Notes under the pieces: model-generated | What the model was told of the DNA's origin: nothing | What the model saw: the letters and a program-made list of their open reading frames with translations, nothing else | The model's database searches: none | Position numbers and translations under genes: made by a program | DNA from: a virus | Taxonomy: Duplodnaviria > Caudoviricetes | Virus record (IMG/VR): IMGVR_UViG_3300013936_000023 | Location: 1 to 64,000 of that record | Length of the DNA: 64,000 nucleotides | Direction: 5' to 3' (one strand) | Part shown: piece by piece, positions 29,734-38,306 of the stretch | How positions within the stretch are numbered: the stretch's first letter is position 1 | Layout of the letters: every line of letters starts with the position of its first letter

Positions 29734-29810
29734 TGGCAGGACAGGGAGTCATGACCTTGTTGATACCCTCAATATCAACTAACTGCCAAAATTTTTAATA
29801 CTTGAGGGGT
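29734..29810 (+). promoter_or_regulatory. Three-way-junction/anti-SD leader of GIY-YIG gene
   Basis: P1 TGGCAG/CTGCCA, P2 ACAGGG/CCTTGT, P3 TGATA/TATCA. Loop CCCTCAA is complementary to TTGAGGG (29802-29808, SD). Confidence 0.6.
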
Positions 29811-29817
29811 ATGCAAA

Positions 29818-30588
29818 ATGAATGAAAATGAACGCATTTGGAAACTGTATCGGTACACATGCAAGCATAATGGCCTTATCTATATCGGCATAACCAGCAA
29901 AACACTTGATGAGCGCTGGATGAATGGACATGGATATAAGAGCAATCCGAGGCTTAACAATGCTATTCAGAAATATGGAGTAGATGGATTTATTCGGGAG
30001 ATATTACTTGACAACTTGACTCAGCAAGAAGCGTTCGAAAAAGAAATTGAATATATTGCAGAATTTAATGCCACAGACAAAAATGTGGGATACAACATAT
30101 CGATGGGCGGAACAGCGCCAATGGCAGGGAGACATCATTCAGAAGAAACCAAAAGGATGTTCTCTCAAACAAGACTTGGAGAAAACAATAGTTTTTTCGG
30201 AAAACATCATTCCGACAGAACCAAAGAAATTTTAAGCGAAGCCAACAAAGGCAAGAAGCATACGGAGGAATGGAAGAAAGAGCAATCTAAGCATTCTAAA
30301 ATTTGGCACCAGACACATGACAACCCAATGCTTGGAAACCATAGATTTGCCGGTGAGAACAATCCTATGTATGGCAAGCGTGGCGGGGATTCTCCTTTTG
30401 CCGTTAAAGTTGCAAAGTTCTCTCTGGACGGTAAGTTGCTTGAAGTGTTTAATTCGACAACAGAGGCGGCGCAGTCTATTGGAGTTTACAATGGAGCTCA
30501 TATTACAGAGTGCTGTAAGGGAAGACGTAAAAAGTGTGGTGGTTATATATGGAGATATTTTGTGAACGAACAGGAGGAAGAAGAATGA
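29818..30588 (+). CDS. GIY-YIG homing endonuclease with NUMOD3/NUMOD1 domains
   Basis: KLYRYT...IYIGIT...ERW; GRHHSEETK and GKHHSDRTK repeats; FNSTTEAA. Confidence 0.85.
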   Translation: MNENERIWKLYRYTCKHNGLIYIGITSKTLDERWMNGHGYKSNPRLNNAIQKYGVDGFIREILLDNLTQQEAFEKEIEYIAEFNATDKNVGYNISMGGTAPMAGRHHSEETKRMFSQTRLGENNSFFGKHHSDRTKEILSEANKGKKHTEEWKKEQSKHSKIWHQTHDNPMLGNHRFAGENNPMYGKRGGDSPFAVKVAKFSLDGKLLEVFNSTTEAAQSIGVYNGAHITECCKGRRKKCGGYIWRYFVNEQEEEE

Positions 30589-30884
30589 GTGTATGGGTAT
30601 ATGAGGGGCATCTCAGCGGATTGTACACATCGGATTATCCGGAAGACCCAGAAGATTTGTATTGCGAGCAATGCGGCGGTAGCGATTGGGAAATTGGGTG
30701 CTTTGAGACGTTTGCAGATTTTCTTAAATACTATGCTGACAATATTCACGTCGATGATGGTGACGGCGGGTTTGACCTCGACTTTGTTATCTCGTCCGTC
30801 ATGTATTCGTTTGATGACGAGCTAACACGAGAAGAAGCGGCGAATATTGTCAGAGCGGCAAGAAAAGAAATGGAGGAAAAATAA
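30585..30884 (+). CDS. Hypothetical acidic protein with CxxC
   Basis: ATG at 30585 (ATGA overlap), RBS GGAGG; 99 aa. Confidence 0.65.
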   Translation: MSVWVYEGHLSGLYTSDYPEDPEDLYCEQCGGSDWEIGCFETFADFLKYYADNIHVDDGDGGFDLDFVISSVMYSFDDELTREEAANIVRAARKEMEEK

Positions 30885-31333
30885 TGGCAACAAGAGAAGA
30901 AATGGTGAGAACGCTTGATGAGTTTTGCGACGGGCAAGAAAAATGCAGTGTCTGTTTGCTTAATAAATTTTCTTGCTCAAACGGCGATTCCTGGGACTTT
31001 GACGAATGGTCTGATGACAAGTTGGCAATCGCGTATGACCACGTACGCAAGAACGGCGAAACTCGTCTGGATAGTAGTCATCTGAAAGAACAGAGCGACA
31101 AGCCTGATGAGGCATACGATGTGGTCTCTCGTCCGAAGCATTACAATCAAGGCGGCATCGAGTGCATCGAGTGCATCAAAGCGGCTGTTACCAATAAGGT
31201 TGGAATTGAAGCCGTTTGTGTTGCCAATGTAATTAAATACCTTTTTCGCTATGAAGAAAAGAACGGCGTAGAGGATGTGCACAAAGCTAAGTGGTATATT
31301 GACAGATTGTTGAAGGAGATGGAGGAAAAATGA
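30884..31333 (+). CDS. DUF3310 (T7 gp1.7-like) domain protein
   Basis: VSRPKHYNQGGIECIE...NVIKYLFRY..KNGVEDVHKAKWY. Confidence 0.8.
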   Translation: MATREEMVRTLDEFCDGQEKCSVCLLNKFSCSNGDSWDFDEWSDDKLAIAYDHVRKNGETRLDSSHLKEQSDKPDEAYDVVSRPKHYNQGGIECIECIKAAVTNKVGIEAVCVANVIKYLFRYEEKNGVEDVHKAKWYIDRLLKEMEEK

Positions 31334-31803
31334 TGTGGCCGTGGATTCTGGTTGGTGCTCTGGCTTGGCAGCTCGTCACGACGATTGTTGCCATTGTGGA
31401 TGAGGATGAGGTTTGCCCGAGCTTGGTTGTTGGCGGCGGTATTCCTGCTTGCATCGTCATGGGGTTCTGTTGGTGTTGCCGTAAGGTTATCAAAGCCATC
31501 AATGGACGAAGATACGTCTCCATGTTGGTCAAGGACGACGAGGCTTGGTATTGCACATCAAATGATGATATGTGCGGCAAGTTAATGTATATGTTTGGTT
31601 ATCAATGGAACGACACGTTTCGGAGCAAGTATAAACCAGAGGATGGTTGGCGTAAGCAAGATTGCAATTTTGGCGTAATAAACGTCCGCTATACGCCAAT
31701 CAAGATTGCTAAGGCTGAAGGCGCAAAACCTGTACCGAAGGAAATTATCGCAGAGGTACAGAGAAGACACGACGAGGAAGAGTTTTTCGTCAACCCCGTC
31801 TAA
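31330..31803 (+). CDS. Membrane-anchored hypothetical protein
   Basis: Two N-terminal hydrophobic segments. Confidence 0.65.
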   Translation: MMWPWILVGALAWQLVTTIVAIVDEDEVCPSLVVGGGIPACIVMGFCWCCRKVIKAINGRRYVSMLVKDDEAWYCTSNDDMCGKLMYMFGYQWNDTFRSKYKPEDGWRKQDCNFGVINVRYTPIKIAKAEGAKPVPKEIIAEVQRRHDEEEFFVNPV

Positions 31804-32761
31804 ACCATCTCGGCGGATTTTTGATCATATTGTATTGAATAAATTCTTGGCGCTGGTTATTGGTGCAAACCGCATCAAGCTGGGTAGTGCCAAGAATTTT
31901 TCTTTTTGCCTCGGCGTTGATAAGCTCGATTTGCCCAATGCGCTCCTTGACGATTCTTAGCATAGCGTCGACATCCTCGGCTTTCATCGGATAAAGGATT
32001 AACACAGAGCGAATATGATGATAGCCCTCTGTCGCAAATTCTTGCTGGGTCAACTCGGCGAGTTTATCTTCAAATTGATTCCACTTGGCTTCTGGCATCC
32101 ATTTGATATCAGCGTCCATAGCATAGTCAACGTGGTGAACTTCCTTAAGCGCGTTAACCCAAACCCTCTGGCAACGTTGTTCCATCTTGCTTCCAGTTTC
32201 CACGTTGCGATACATGGTATATTCTACGCCGTCAATCTCTTGGAGATAGTAAAGACGAAATCCGCGCTTCTTGAGAATGAGGCGTCTGACATCCATAGAG
32301 TCAATTTTGCGTGCCGTCCACTTATGCAGGATGCGATAGACGACTTTTCCCATGTCTGCCATGTAAACAAAGTTCCGGTTGATGGCGGCAAGTTGGCGCG
32401 GATTGAATGTATAAGAGAAGTTGTCGTTGACCTCTTGGAACAGCTTCAGCATCTCGGTGTTGGAAAGATAGAGCGGCTTATACTCGTTGTCTTTGAACGC
32501 CTCATACAGCGCGGCATCAAAGAGCAACTGTTGCTCTGGCGAGTCTAAGCTCTTCATCAGCTCGACAAGCTCGTCGGCATAAACTTCTTTGACAAGATAG
32601 CGATGCGTGCCTTGGACGCGCTCAAGGTCGCAATATTTTTCAAACTCTTTCATCTGGGCCACCTTTGATTTGCCGTTCTTAATTGGTTCGCCAAGAGTTT
32701 GACAAAGCTCTTTGTAGCTGACTTCGCGGCCTTCCAGCTGCTTTAATTTATTATTCGGCAT
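31790..32761 (-). CDS. Hypothetical DNA-binding protein
   Basis: Start MPNNKL with RBS AAGGAGG; N-terminal SYKELCQTLGE HTH-like segment; own consensus promoter. Confidence 0.65.
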   Translation of the reverse strand: MPNNKLKQLEGREVSYKELCQTLGEPIKNGKSKVAQMKEFEKYCDLERVQGTHRYLVKEVYADELVELMKSLDSPEQQLLFDAALYEAFKDNEYKPLYLSNTEMLKLFQEVNDNFSYTFNPRQLAAINRNFVYMADMGKVVYRILHKWTARKIDSMDVRRLILKKRGFRLYYLQEIDGVEYTMYRNVETGSKMEQRCQRVWVNALKEVHHVDYAMDADIKWMPEAKWNQFEDKLAELTQQEFATEGYHHIRSVLILYPMKAEDVDAMLRIVKERIGQIELINAEAKRKILGTTQLDAVCTNNQRQEFIQYNMIKNPPRWFRRG

Positions 32762-32776
32762 CTTTCGCCCCTCCTT

Positions 32777-32859
32777 AAAATTTGGCTCTTTTTCAAAATT
32801 TGGCTCTCCAATGGGCATTGATTATAGTACTACTATATCCCACAAAAGAGCCAAATTTT
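32777..32859. repeat. Three copies of 13-bp AAAATTTGGCTCT (two direct, one inverted)
   Basis: Exact copies at 32777-32789 and 32795-32807, inverted copy at 32847-32859. Confidence 0.85.
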
Positions 32860-32869
32860 TTTCACCATG

Positions 32870-32898
32870 ATTATATCAGATTTGAGCTGAGATGTCAA
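32870..32898 (-). promoter_or_regulatory. SigmaA promoter
   Basis: TTGACA-17-TATAAT. Confidence 0.75.
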
Positions 32899-33716
32899 TA
32901 GGGTATGTAATAATATTTTTAGATTTTGACGTGTTTGATATTTTTACTGATTGGCTTGAAATCATTGGTATGATTACAAGTGTGGGCTTTGTTAGTGCTA
33001 CAAGCGATAATGCAACCGATAGGTGCTTTCTGCTCCGATTCCCAGCCCCATGTTAAACACCTCTAATATACAGAATAATACTTATTATAAGGTGAATACT
33101 GTTGCTTTTGCAACATTCTGGATAAATAGTCCAAAGTCGGACTGTCAACCGGCTTGACTATATCGGCAACCGATATACATAGACGCTCTATACATTACGC
33201 GTTGTGCTCATGTTGGTATTACAAATAGCAATCGCCCATCAATACAACCTGTAATCCCTTTACCATTACTATCTGTAATATATCTCTATTACTCTATGTA
33301 ATACAATACTATCCATGCCATACCATCATAGCATCATCACTACTATGCAATAATGTAATACTATTATATATCTTCATGGCTATAACAATAGTAAACATCT
33401 ATTTACTATCAATCAATCTACTAACTAAATAGGTTGTTATGCGGGCGAGCATAGCGAGCACGCCGACGCCGATAGGCGGCGAAGCGTCGCAGACGTAGTA
33501 CTATAGCAGCCGTCCAACATACAAGCGCGGCATAGCATCTCAACGCCTTTATTATATTATATATATGTATACTCTATGCGTTAGTCATCATGCACAACTA
33601 AACTATAAATCTTTTGTGCAATATTCCGTCTTGCAAAATACTATTGATGATGCTATACTCAAATCATCGAAAGGCAAAACAACAAAATCAAATCAAAAAG
33701 AATTTTGAAAAACCTC

Positions 33717-33745
33717 TTGACAAAACCAAAAACCTGTGATATTGT
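33717..33745 (+). promoter_or_regulatory. SigmaA promoter with A-tract UP element (early genes)
   Basis: TTGACA-17-TATTGT with extended -10 TG. Confidence 0.65.
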
Positions 33746-33778
33746 AAATACAACGAAAGACGAAAGGAAAACAAAAAC

Positions 33779-33877
33779 ATGAAAAACTGGAAACGCGACA
33801 ACTTCTGTGCAACGGTCGAACTAATCCTTATTGTATTAAGTTTTTTCGTCGTAGCCTATCTTGAAACGAACTGGTAA
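33779..33877 (+). CDS. 32-aa membrane peptide
   Basis: MKNWKRDNFCATVELILIVLSFFVVAYLETNW with RBS GAAAGGA. Confidence 0.55.
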   Translation: MKNWKRDNFCATVELILIVLSFFVVAYLETNW

Positions 33878-33956
33878 AGCCTAAAGAGTTCTAAAGGGCA
33901 GCTCTATAAAAGCCCTATTCCATTCAATTTTTTTTATTAAAAGGAGAACAAAAAAC

Positions 33957-34211
33957 ATGAAAATCTATTCTGAAAAGTCTCTGAACGATCTTGAGTTTTG
34001 GAACGGTGCGCGTGATACTGTCAAGTATCTGACTTCTGACGAAATTAACCAGATCGAACAGAATCTTGAAGATCTTTATCCGGACGGCATGGACGAAACG
34101 GAAGTTAATGATTTCTTTTGGTTTGAAAACAATACTATCGCGGAATGGCTCGGCTATAATTCTTTTGAAGACATTATGAACCGCGAAGAGGCCGAAAATA
34201 ACGAAGAGTAA
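33957..34211 (+). CDS. Small acidic early protein
   Basis: 84 aa with RBS AAGGAG. Confidence 0.75.
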   Translation: MKIYSEKSLNDLEFWNGARDTVKYLTSDEINQIEQNLEDLYPDGMDETEVNDFFWFENNTIAEWLGYNSFEDIMNREEAENNEE

Positions 34212-34292
34212 ACCGCGCGGGCTCTCTAAGCCGTTCGAGCCTTTAATCGAGCGGCATTCCATTCAAAATTTTTAATAAAGGAGATTAAAAGT

Positions 34293-34481
34293 ATGAAAAT
34301 AGATAAAAAAAATATGTATGTTGCATATCCGACATTTTGCAAAAATCCGCGCGAAACATTGATTATTTTTGCTGATGATTGTTGCGAAGCGCGCATAAAA
34401 GCAAATAAATTTTACGGCCATAGCTTTGTAAATGTCAGACCGCTTGAGAAAACAAAAGACAAGTATGTTTATAAATTTTAA
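34293..34481 (+). CDS. Small early protein
   Basis: 62 aa with RBS AAGGAG. Confidence 0.65.
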   Translation: MKIDKKNMYVAYPTFCKNPRETLIIFADDCCEARIKANKFYGHSFVNVRPLEKTKDKYVYKF

Positions 34482-34497
34482 TAAAGGAGATTAAAAA

Positions 34498-34725
34498 ATG
34501 CTGACAATGGACAAAATCTGCGCTACACTGAAGGCGCACGGAATTATTTTTGAAAAGCGCAACGGTGAACAGGTGAAGGAATTTTGTTGTTATTGCTATG
34601 CTTATTCTGACGCTTGCGACGTTATCCGCTGGACTTCTGACGCGGGCGCGTGGTACCTGATAGACCCCGCCGGGAATAGTGAGAAGCTGACGGTTAACGG
34701 CCTGAAGGCGTGGTTAGGATATTAA
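34498..34725 (+). CDS. Small early protein
   Basis: 75 aa with RBS AAGGAG. Confidence 0.7.
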   Translation: MLTMDKICATLKAHGIIFEKRNGEQVKEFCCYCYAYSDACDVIRWTSDAGAWYLIDPAGNSEKLTVNGLKAWLGY

Positions 34726-34741
34726 AGAGGAGGTAAAACAG

Positions 34742-35050
34742 ATGTTTTATTATTGCGAGTATGCCAACGGTACGCGCTATGTTCGCGCCCATGACGAAAA
34801 GAAGCACGGAGCACCGCGCGTCGTGTCGCCCGACCTTACATTTCTTTTCCATGGTGCTGTCAGTACGTGCCGCGTCTATAGCACGGAAATGGAAGCACTC
34901 GAGGCATGGGGCAAGTATAGCAATAAGCCTGTCATTATGCCCGACGGTAACACGGTCACGCCTGCGCGTTATTTTGGTGTAAAGCGCATCGAAGATATAT
35001 TTATTCCATGGTCCGACGTAAAGGGCGAACGTTGGCCAGGTGAATATTAA
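34742..35050 (+). CDS. Small early protein
   Basis: 102 aa with RBS GAGGAGG. Confidence 0.7.
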   Translation: MFYYCEYANGTRYVRAHDEKKHGAPRVVSPDLTFLFHGAVSTCRVYSTEMEALEAWGKYSNKPVIMPDGNTVTPARYFGVKRIEDIFIPWSDVKGERWPGEY

Positions 35051-35061
35051 ATAACCCTATG

Positions 35062-35098
35062 AAGCCCGTAGAATGACCGCTGCGGGCTTTTTCTTTTT
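35062..35098 (+). terminator. Terminator of early cluster
   Basis: AAGCCCGTAG/CTGCGGGCTT stem followed by TTTCTTTTT. Confidence 0.75.
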
Positions 35099-35994
35099 GC
35101 CCGTGTACTTTATACCCCTTGCGCCTTGCGTGTGCGTGTGCGGCCTCTCAGAGCCATTTACAGCGGTTCACGCTATGCCTTGCCAGTTGCTATGTATGCA
35201 GCGGGCTTTTCATTGTGCTCTGCGCTTTACTATGGTAGCATGACAACATACACAAGCGGAGTGAATATCCAAACCGACATTCACTTTACCACAGTAACAC
35301 AGCGGCATGACAACGTGATAAAACCTACCTGTTAGATGGGTTGATTCTGCCAGCGATATAGTCTTGTGCGCACGTCAATTACGGATTGCGTCATTTTCGC
35401 CAGATATACCTATTGCGTTAGTGTGTTTATGCAGCAGCTCGGTCTGTCCAGCTCTCCTTGCGTTACTCGTGCAAACGGATTTGCCGCAGCGTCTCTCACG
35501 TTACCTCTCATGCGCGTTTCGCCCGCGATATGGATATAGTATATGCTGGCGGCTAACATGGCTCAGAGCGGCCTTTAATTGTCTTGGCGGCATGGTTTAT
35601 GTCCACACAAGGCTTGGCCTCAATAAAATTCATACTTGACAAGTTCGTTTGGTTGTGCTATGCTCGCATTAAGTAAATAGAAGAGACAGGTATCTATTGA
35701 CTCATCGTTTAATAGATTAATAGATGTACACGCAGCTCAATGCCAAATGCGTGTAGAATCTAAATAAACAATCAGCAAATCAAAGCCGATTTGCAACGCC
35801 ATGGCTCAATTGGTATATGGATGCACCCAAAGCAATTCTTTACTAAATTGATTCGATTTTACCATTGTTTATGTTGTGTTTTGCTTTCTAATAATATTGC
35901 GATTGACATTACGATTGCATGGATGCAATGAATCAAAAAATGAAAATTGACGTGTGAGCTGTGAAACGAGATTTGATTTTTCTCTTTTGGAAAA

Positions 35995-36735
35995 TTGAAA
36001 TTAAAACGGCGATTCAAAAATTTGAATTTAAGAAATGGGGAATGGAATTTGAATGTAAAGATTCTAATGCCGGAGGTAAATCCAAAATCGTTTATTGACG
36101 ATTACCTCTACAAAATGGGAATTGAATATCCGCAATCCTATATGAATGTATGGCGAAGTCATCTGGAAGAACCGAATCGATATTTGAATATTGATGAGGC
36201 AACCAGTCGGCTAAACCAAGCAATCAGGAATGCCGAATGCGTGGGCGTTATCCAAGATTGTGATGTTGATGGGCTATGCTCAGCGGTCATTGCCTATCAA
36301 TTTCTAAAATCGAATGGCGTAGAGCCAATTGTATTTTTCCATTCAGGCAAGCAGCATGGTATCAACGACCTGATGCCGCAAATCAAAGATGCAAATTTGG
36401 ATTTGCTTATTGTTCCGGACGCAAGCGGGAAAGCTGAAGAATGTAAGACGCTGAAAGATAATGGTTGTGATGTAATCATAGCGGACCACCACGAATACGA
36501 TTTCGATTCAAATCCATTTGCAATTATTGTGAATTGTAAGCAACAAGAAACGACAAATCAAAAAGCCAGCGGCGCATTAGTGATGCAAAAAATCGTGGAC
36601 AGATTTTACGAAAGATATGACGGCAAGAAAGAAAATGACTGTGGAGATTTGGTTGGGTTGTCAATCCTCAGTGATTCTATGAGTGTTCTTGAAATTGAAA
36701 ATCGAGCATATCTAAACATAATGATGAGAGGCTGA
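35995..36735 (+). CDS. RecJ-like DHH exonuclease, N-terminal piece
   Basis: DCDVDG, LLIVPD, ADHHE and SDSM..ENR motifs; true start may be TTG near 36046. Confidence 0.8.
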   Translation: MKLKRRFKNLNLRNGEWNLNVKILMPEVNPKSFIDDYLYKMGIEYPQSYMNVWRSHLEEPNRYLNIDEATSRLNQAIRNAECVGVIQDCDVDGLCSAVIAYQFLKSNGVEPIVFFHSGKQHGINDLMPQIKDANLDLLIVPDASGKAEECKTLKDNGCDVIIADHHEYDFDSNPFAIIVNCKQQETTNQKASGALVMQKIVDRFYERYDGKKENDCGDLVGLSILSDSMSVLEIENRAYLNIMMRG

Positions 36736-36740
36736 TTCTA

Positions 36741-37256
36741 ATGGCACACTTTAATAAACGATATAATCGCTATGATTTAAGCGGAGATTATGGCGTTGGT
36801 TACACCAGTAAAGGTGAAGAGTTTTATTTTGATTTAGAAGACTACGATAAAATTAAAGATTATTGTTGGGTAATTTCAAAAACCACGGATACCGTTTGTG
36901 CCAGAATGTGCGGAACGAATAAGTTAATCGTAATGCACCGTCTCGTTATGGACGTTGTAAATGCTGGTCGCAATGTTCAGGTTGACCACATTCATCACAA
37001 TCGCCACGACAACAGAAAATCGGAATTGAGAATCTGTAATAATTCTCAAAATTCTATGAATAAAGGTTTACAATCAAACAATACGTCGGGAGTTGCTGGC
37101 GTAAGCTGGGATGAGAAAGATAAACTTTGGCACGCATATATCCAGAAAAATCACGAAAGAACATCGAGATGGTTTAAGAATTATGACGATGCCGTTGCAT
37201 GGAGATTGGAAATGCAAAAGAAAATTTTTGGAGAATATGAATATGTTGAGCATTGA
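36741..37256 (+). CDS. HNH endonuclease with AP2 domain
   Basis: VDHIHHNRHDNRKSELR; NNTSGVAGVSWD...WHAYI. Confidence 0.85.
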   Translation: MAHFNKRYNRYDLSGDYGVGYTSKGEEFYFDLEDYDKIKDYCWVISKTTDTVCARMCGTNKLIVMHRLVMDVVNAGRNVQVDHIHHNRHDNRKSELRICNNSQNSMNKGLQSNNTSGVAGVSWDEKDKLWHAYIQKNHERTSRWFKNYDDAVAWRLEMQKKIFGEYEYVEH

Positions 37257-37301
37257 GAATCGAGCATATTTGAATTTGGGATTTGGAGGAGGTTGGCCAA
37301 A

Positions 37302-38249
37302 ATGACGAATGGGTTTTTGAACCTCTGCGTTGAAAAGAAACTCGGCAAGAAGCCGCTCGTTCCCCACAACCTAAGCTTCAGCCTCATTCCCTATCTCAAC
37401 GCCGTCTGCCGCTCTAATAATCAAGATGCAAAACGGGCGCTGTTTATGGCGTTTGCTAAAGGCGAGAATGAAGCTGAAGCCCTCAAGCAGATGAATGCGG
37501 CATATCGTGTCCAGCGCGAGACGATGACGCGCATGGTTGAGGAGTTGAGCCGACAAGCAGATGGTCAAGTTGAGCGCGGCGACAAGATTTTGTTCGTGCG
37601 CATGGCGAATGATGACAAAGAATATGGTGGGCTTGCGGCAAACAAATTAAAATCCAAATATGGGCTTCCCGTGGTTTGTCTGCGGGAGGCCGACCCAAAC
37701 AACTGGTCTGGCTCTGTGCGTTCGGATTGCGACACACTGGATGCCATGAACGTAACGGGGCTGGCCAAATGCCAAGGTCATAAGAGCGCACATGGCATCA
37801 TGGTACGCAAAGCCGTGTTTGATGAATTTCGCGCATGGGCAAATGAGCAAGATTGGAATCCGCAAGAGCTGACGGCAACTGCCGAGCTGACCGTAGATGA
37901 TATTACACTTGAGCTTTGCGAGCTGCTGGATAGCTCGGCATGGCTTTGGGCTAACGATTTGCCAGCGCCGACATTCTATTGCAAATTTGAAATTCCGCGT
38001 GGCGCAAGCGTGCTATGTGGAGCTGCTGGCAACTGCTTCAGATATACGCCGTTCATCAAATTTGGATGCAATGAGCGCGAGGTTGAGCGGCTGACGGCAG
38101 ACCATGCTCGTACTATCGAGGCGATTGTTGAGCTGACGGTCAACGAGTACATGGGCGTTCGTTATCCTCAAGCGCGTATTGTAGATTGGGAAATTCATGT
38201 TGAACAGCCGCAGGAAGAAAATTTTGATTTTGGTGCAATTTTTTCTTGA
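37302..38249 (+). CDS. RecJ-like exonuclease, C-terminal piece (DHHA1)
   Basis: LSFSLIPYLNAVCR, GGLAANKL...PVV, GSVRS and GHKSAHG motifs. SD GGAGGAGG 9 nt before ATG 37302. Confidence 0.8.
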   Translation: MTNGFLNLCVEKKLGKKPLVPHNLSFSLIPYLNAVCRSNNQDAKRALFMAFAKGENEAEALKQMNAAYRVQRETMTRMVEELSRQADGQVERGDKILFVRMANDDKEYGGLAANKLKSKYGLPVVCLREADPNNWSGSVRSDCDTLDAMNVTGLAKCQGHKSAHGIMVRKAVFDEFRAWANEQDWNPQELTATAELTVDDITLELCELLDSSAWLWANDLPAPTFYCKFEIPRGASVLCGAAGNCFRYTPFIKFGCNEREVERLTADHARTIEAIVELTVNEYMGVRYPQARIVDWEIHVEQPQEENFDFGAIFS

Positions 38250-38274
38250 CAAGCGCGATGGTGTGTGTTATATT
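38246..38274 (+). promoter_or_regulatory. SigmaA promoter
   Basis: TTGACA-17-TATATT. Confidence 0.65.
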
Positions 38275-38306
38275 TTAATCATCAACTAAAGCAAAGGAGA
38301 TTTAAG

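Noticed and set aside
36736-37292. Group I intron around the HNH gene in recJ
   Set aside because: Only 5 nt and about 45 nt flank the ORF, leaving no room for a ribozyme core or P7.
37254-37302. HNH-RecJ C-terminal fusion by TGA readthrough (same frame)
   Set aside because: A dedicated GGAGGAGG SD before ATG 37302 explains independent initiation; there is no evidence for readthrough.
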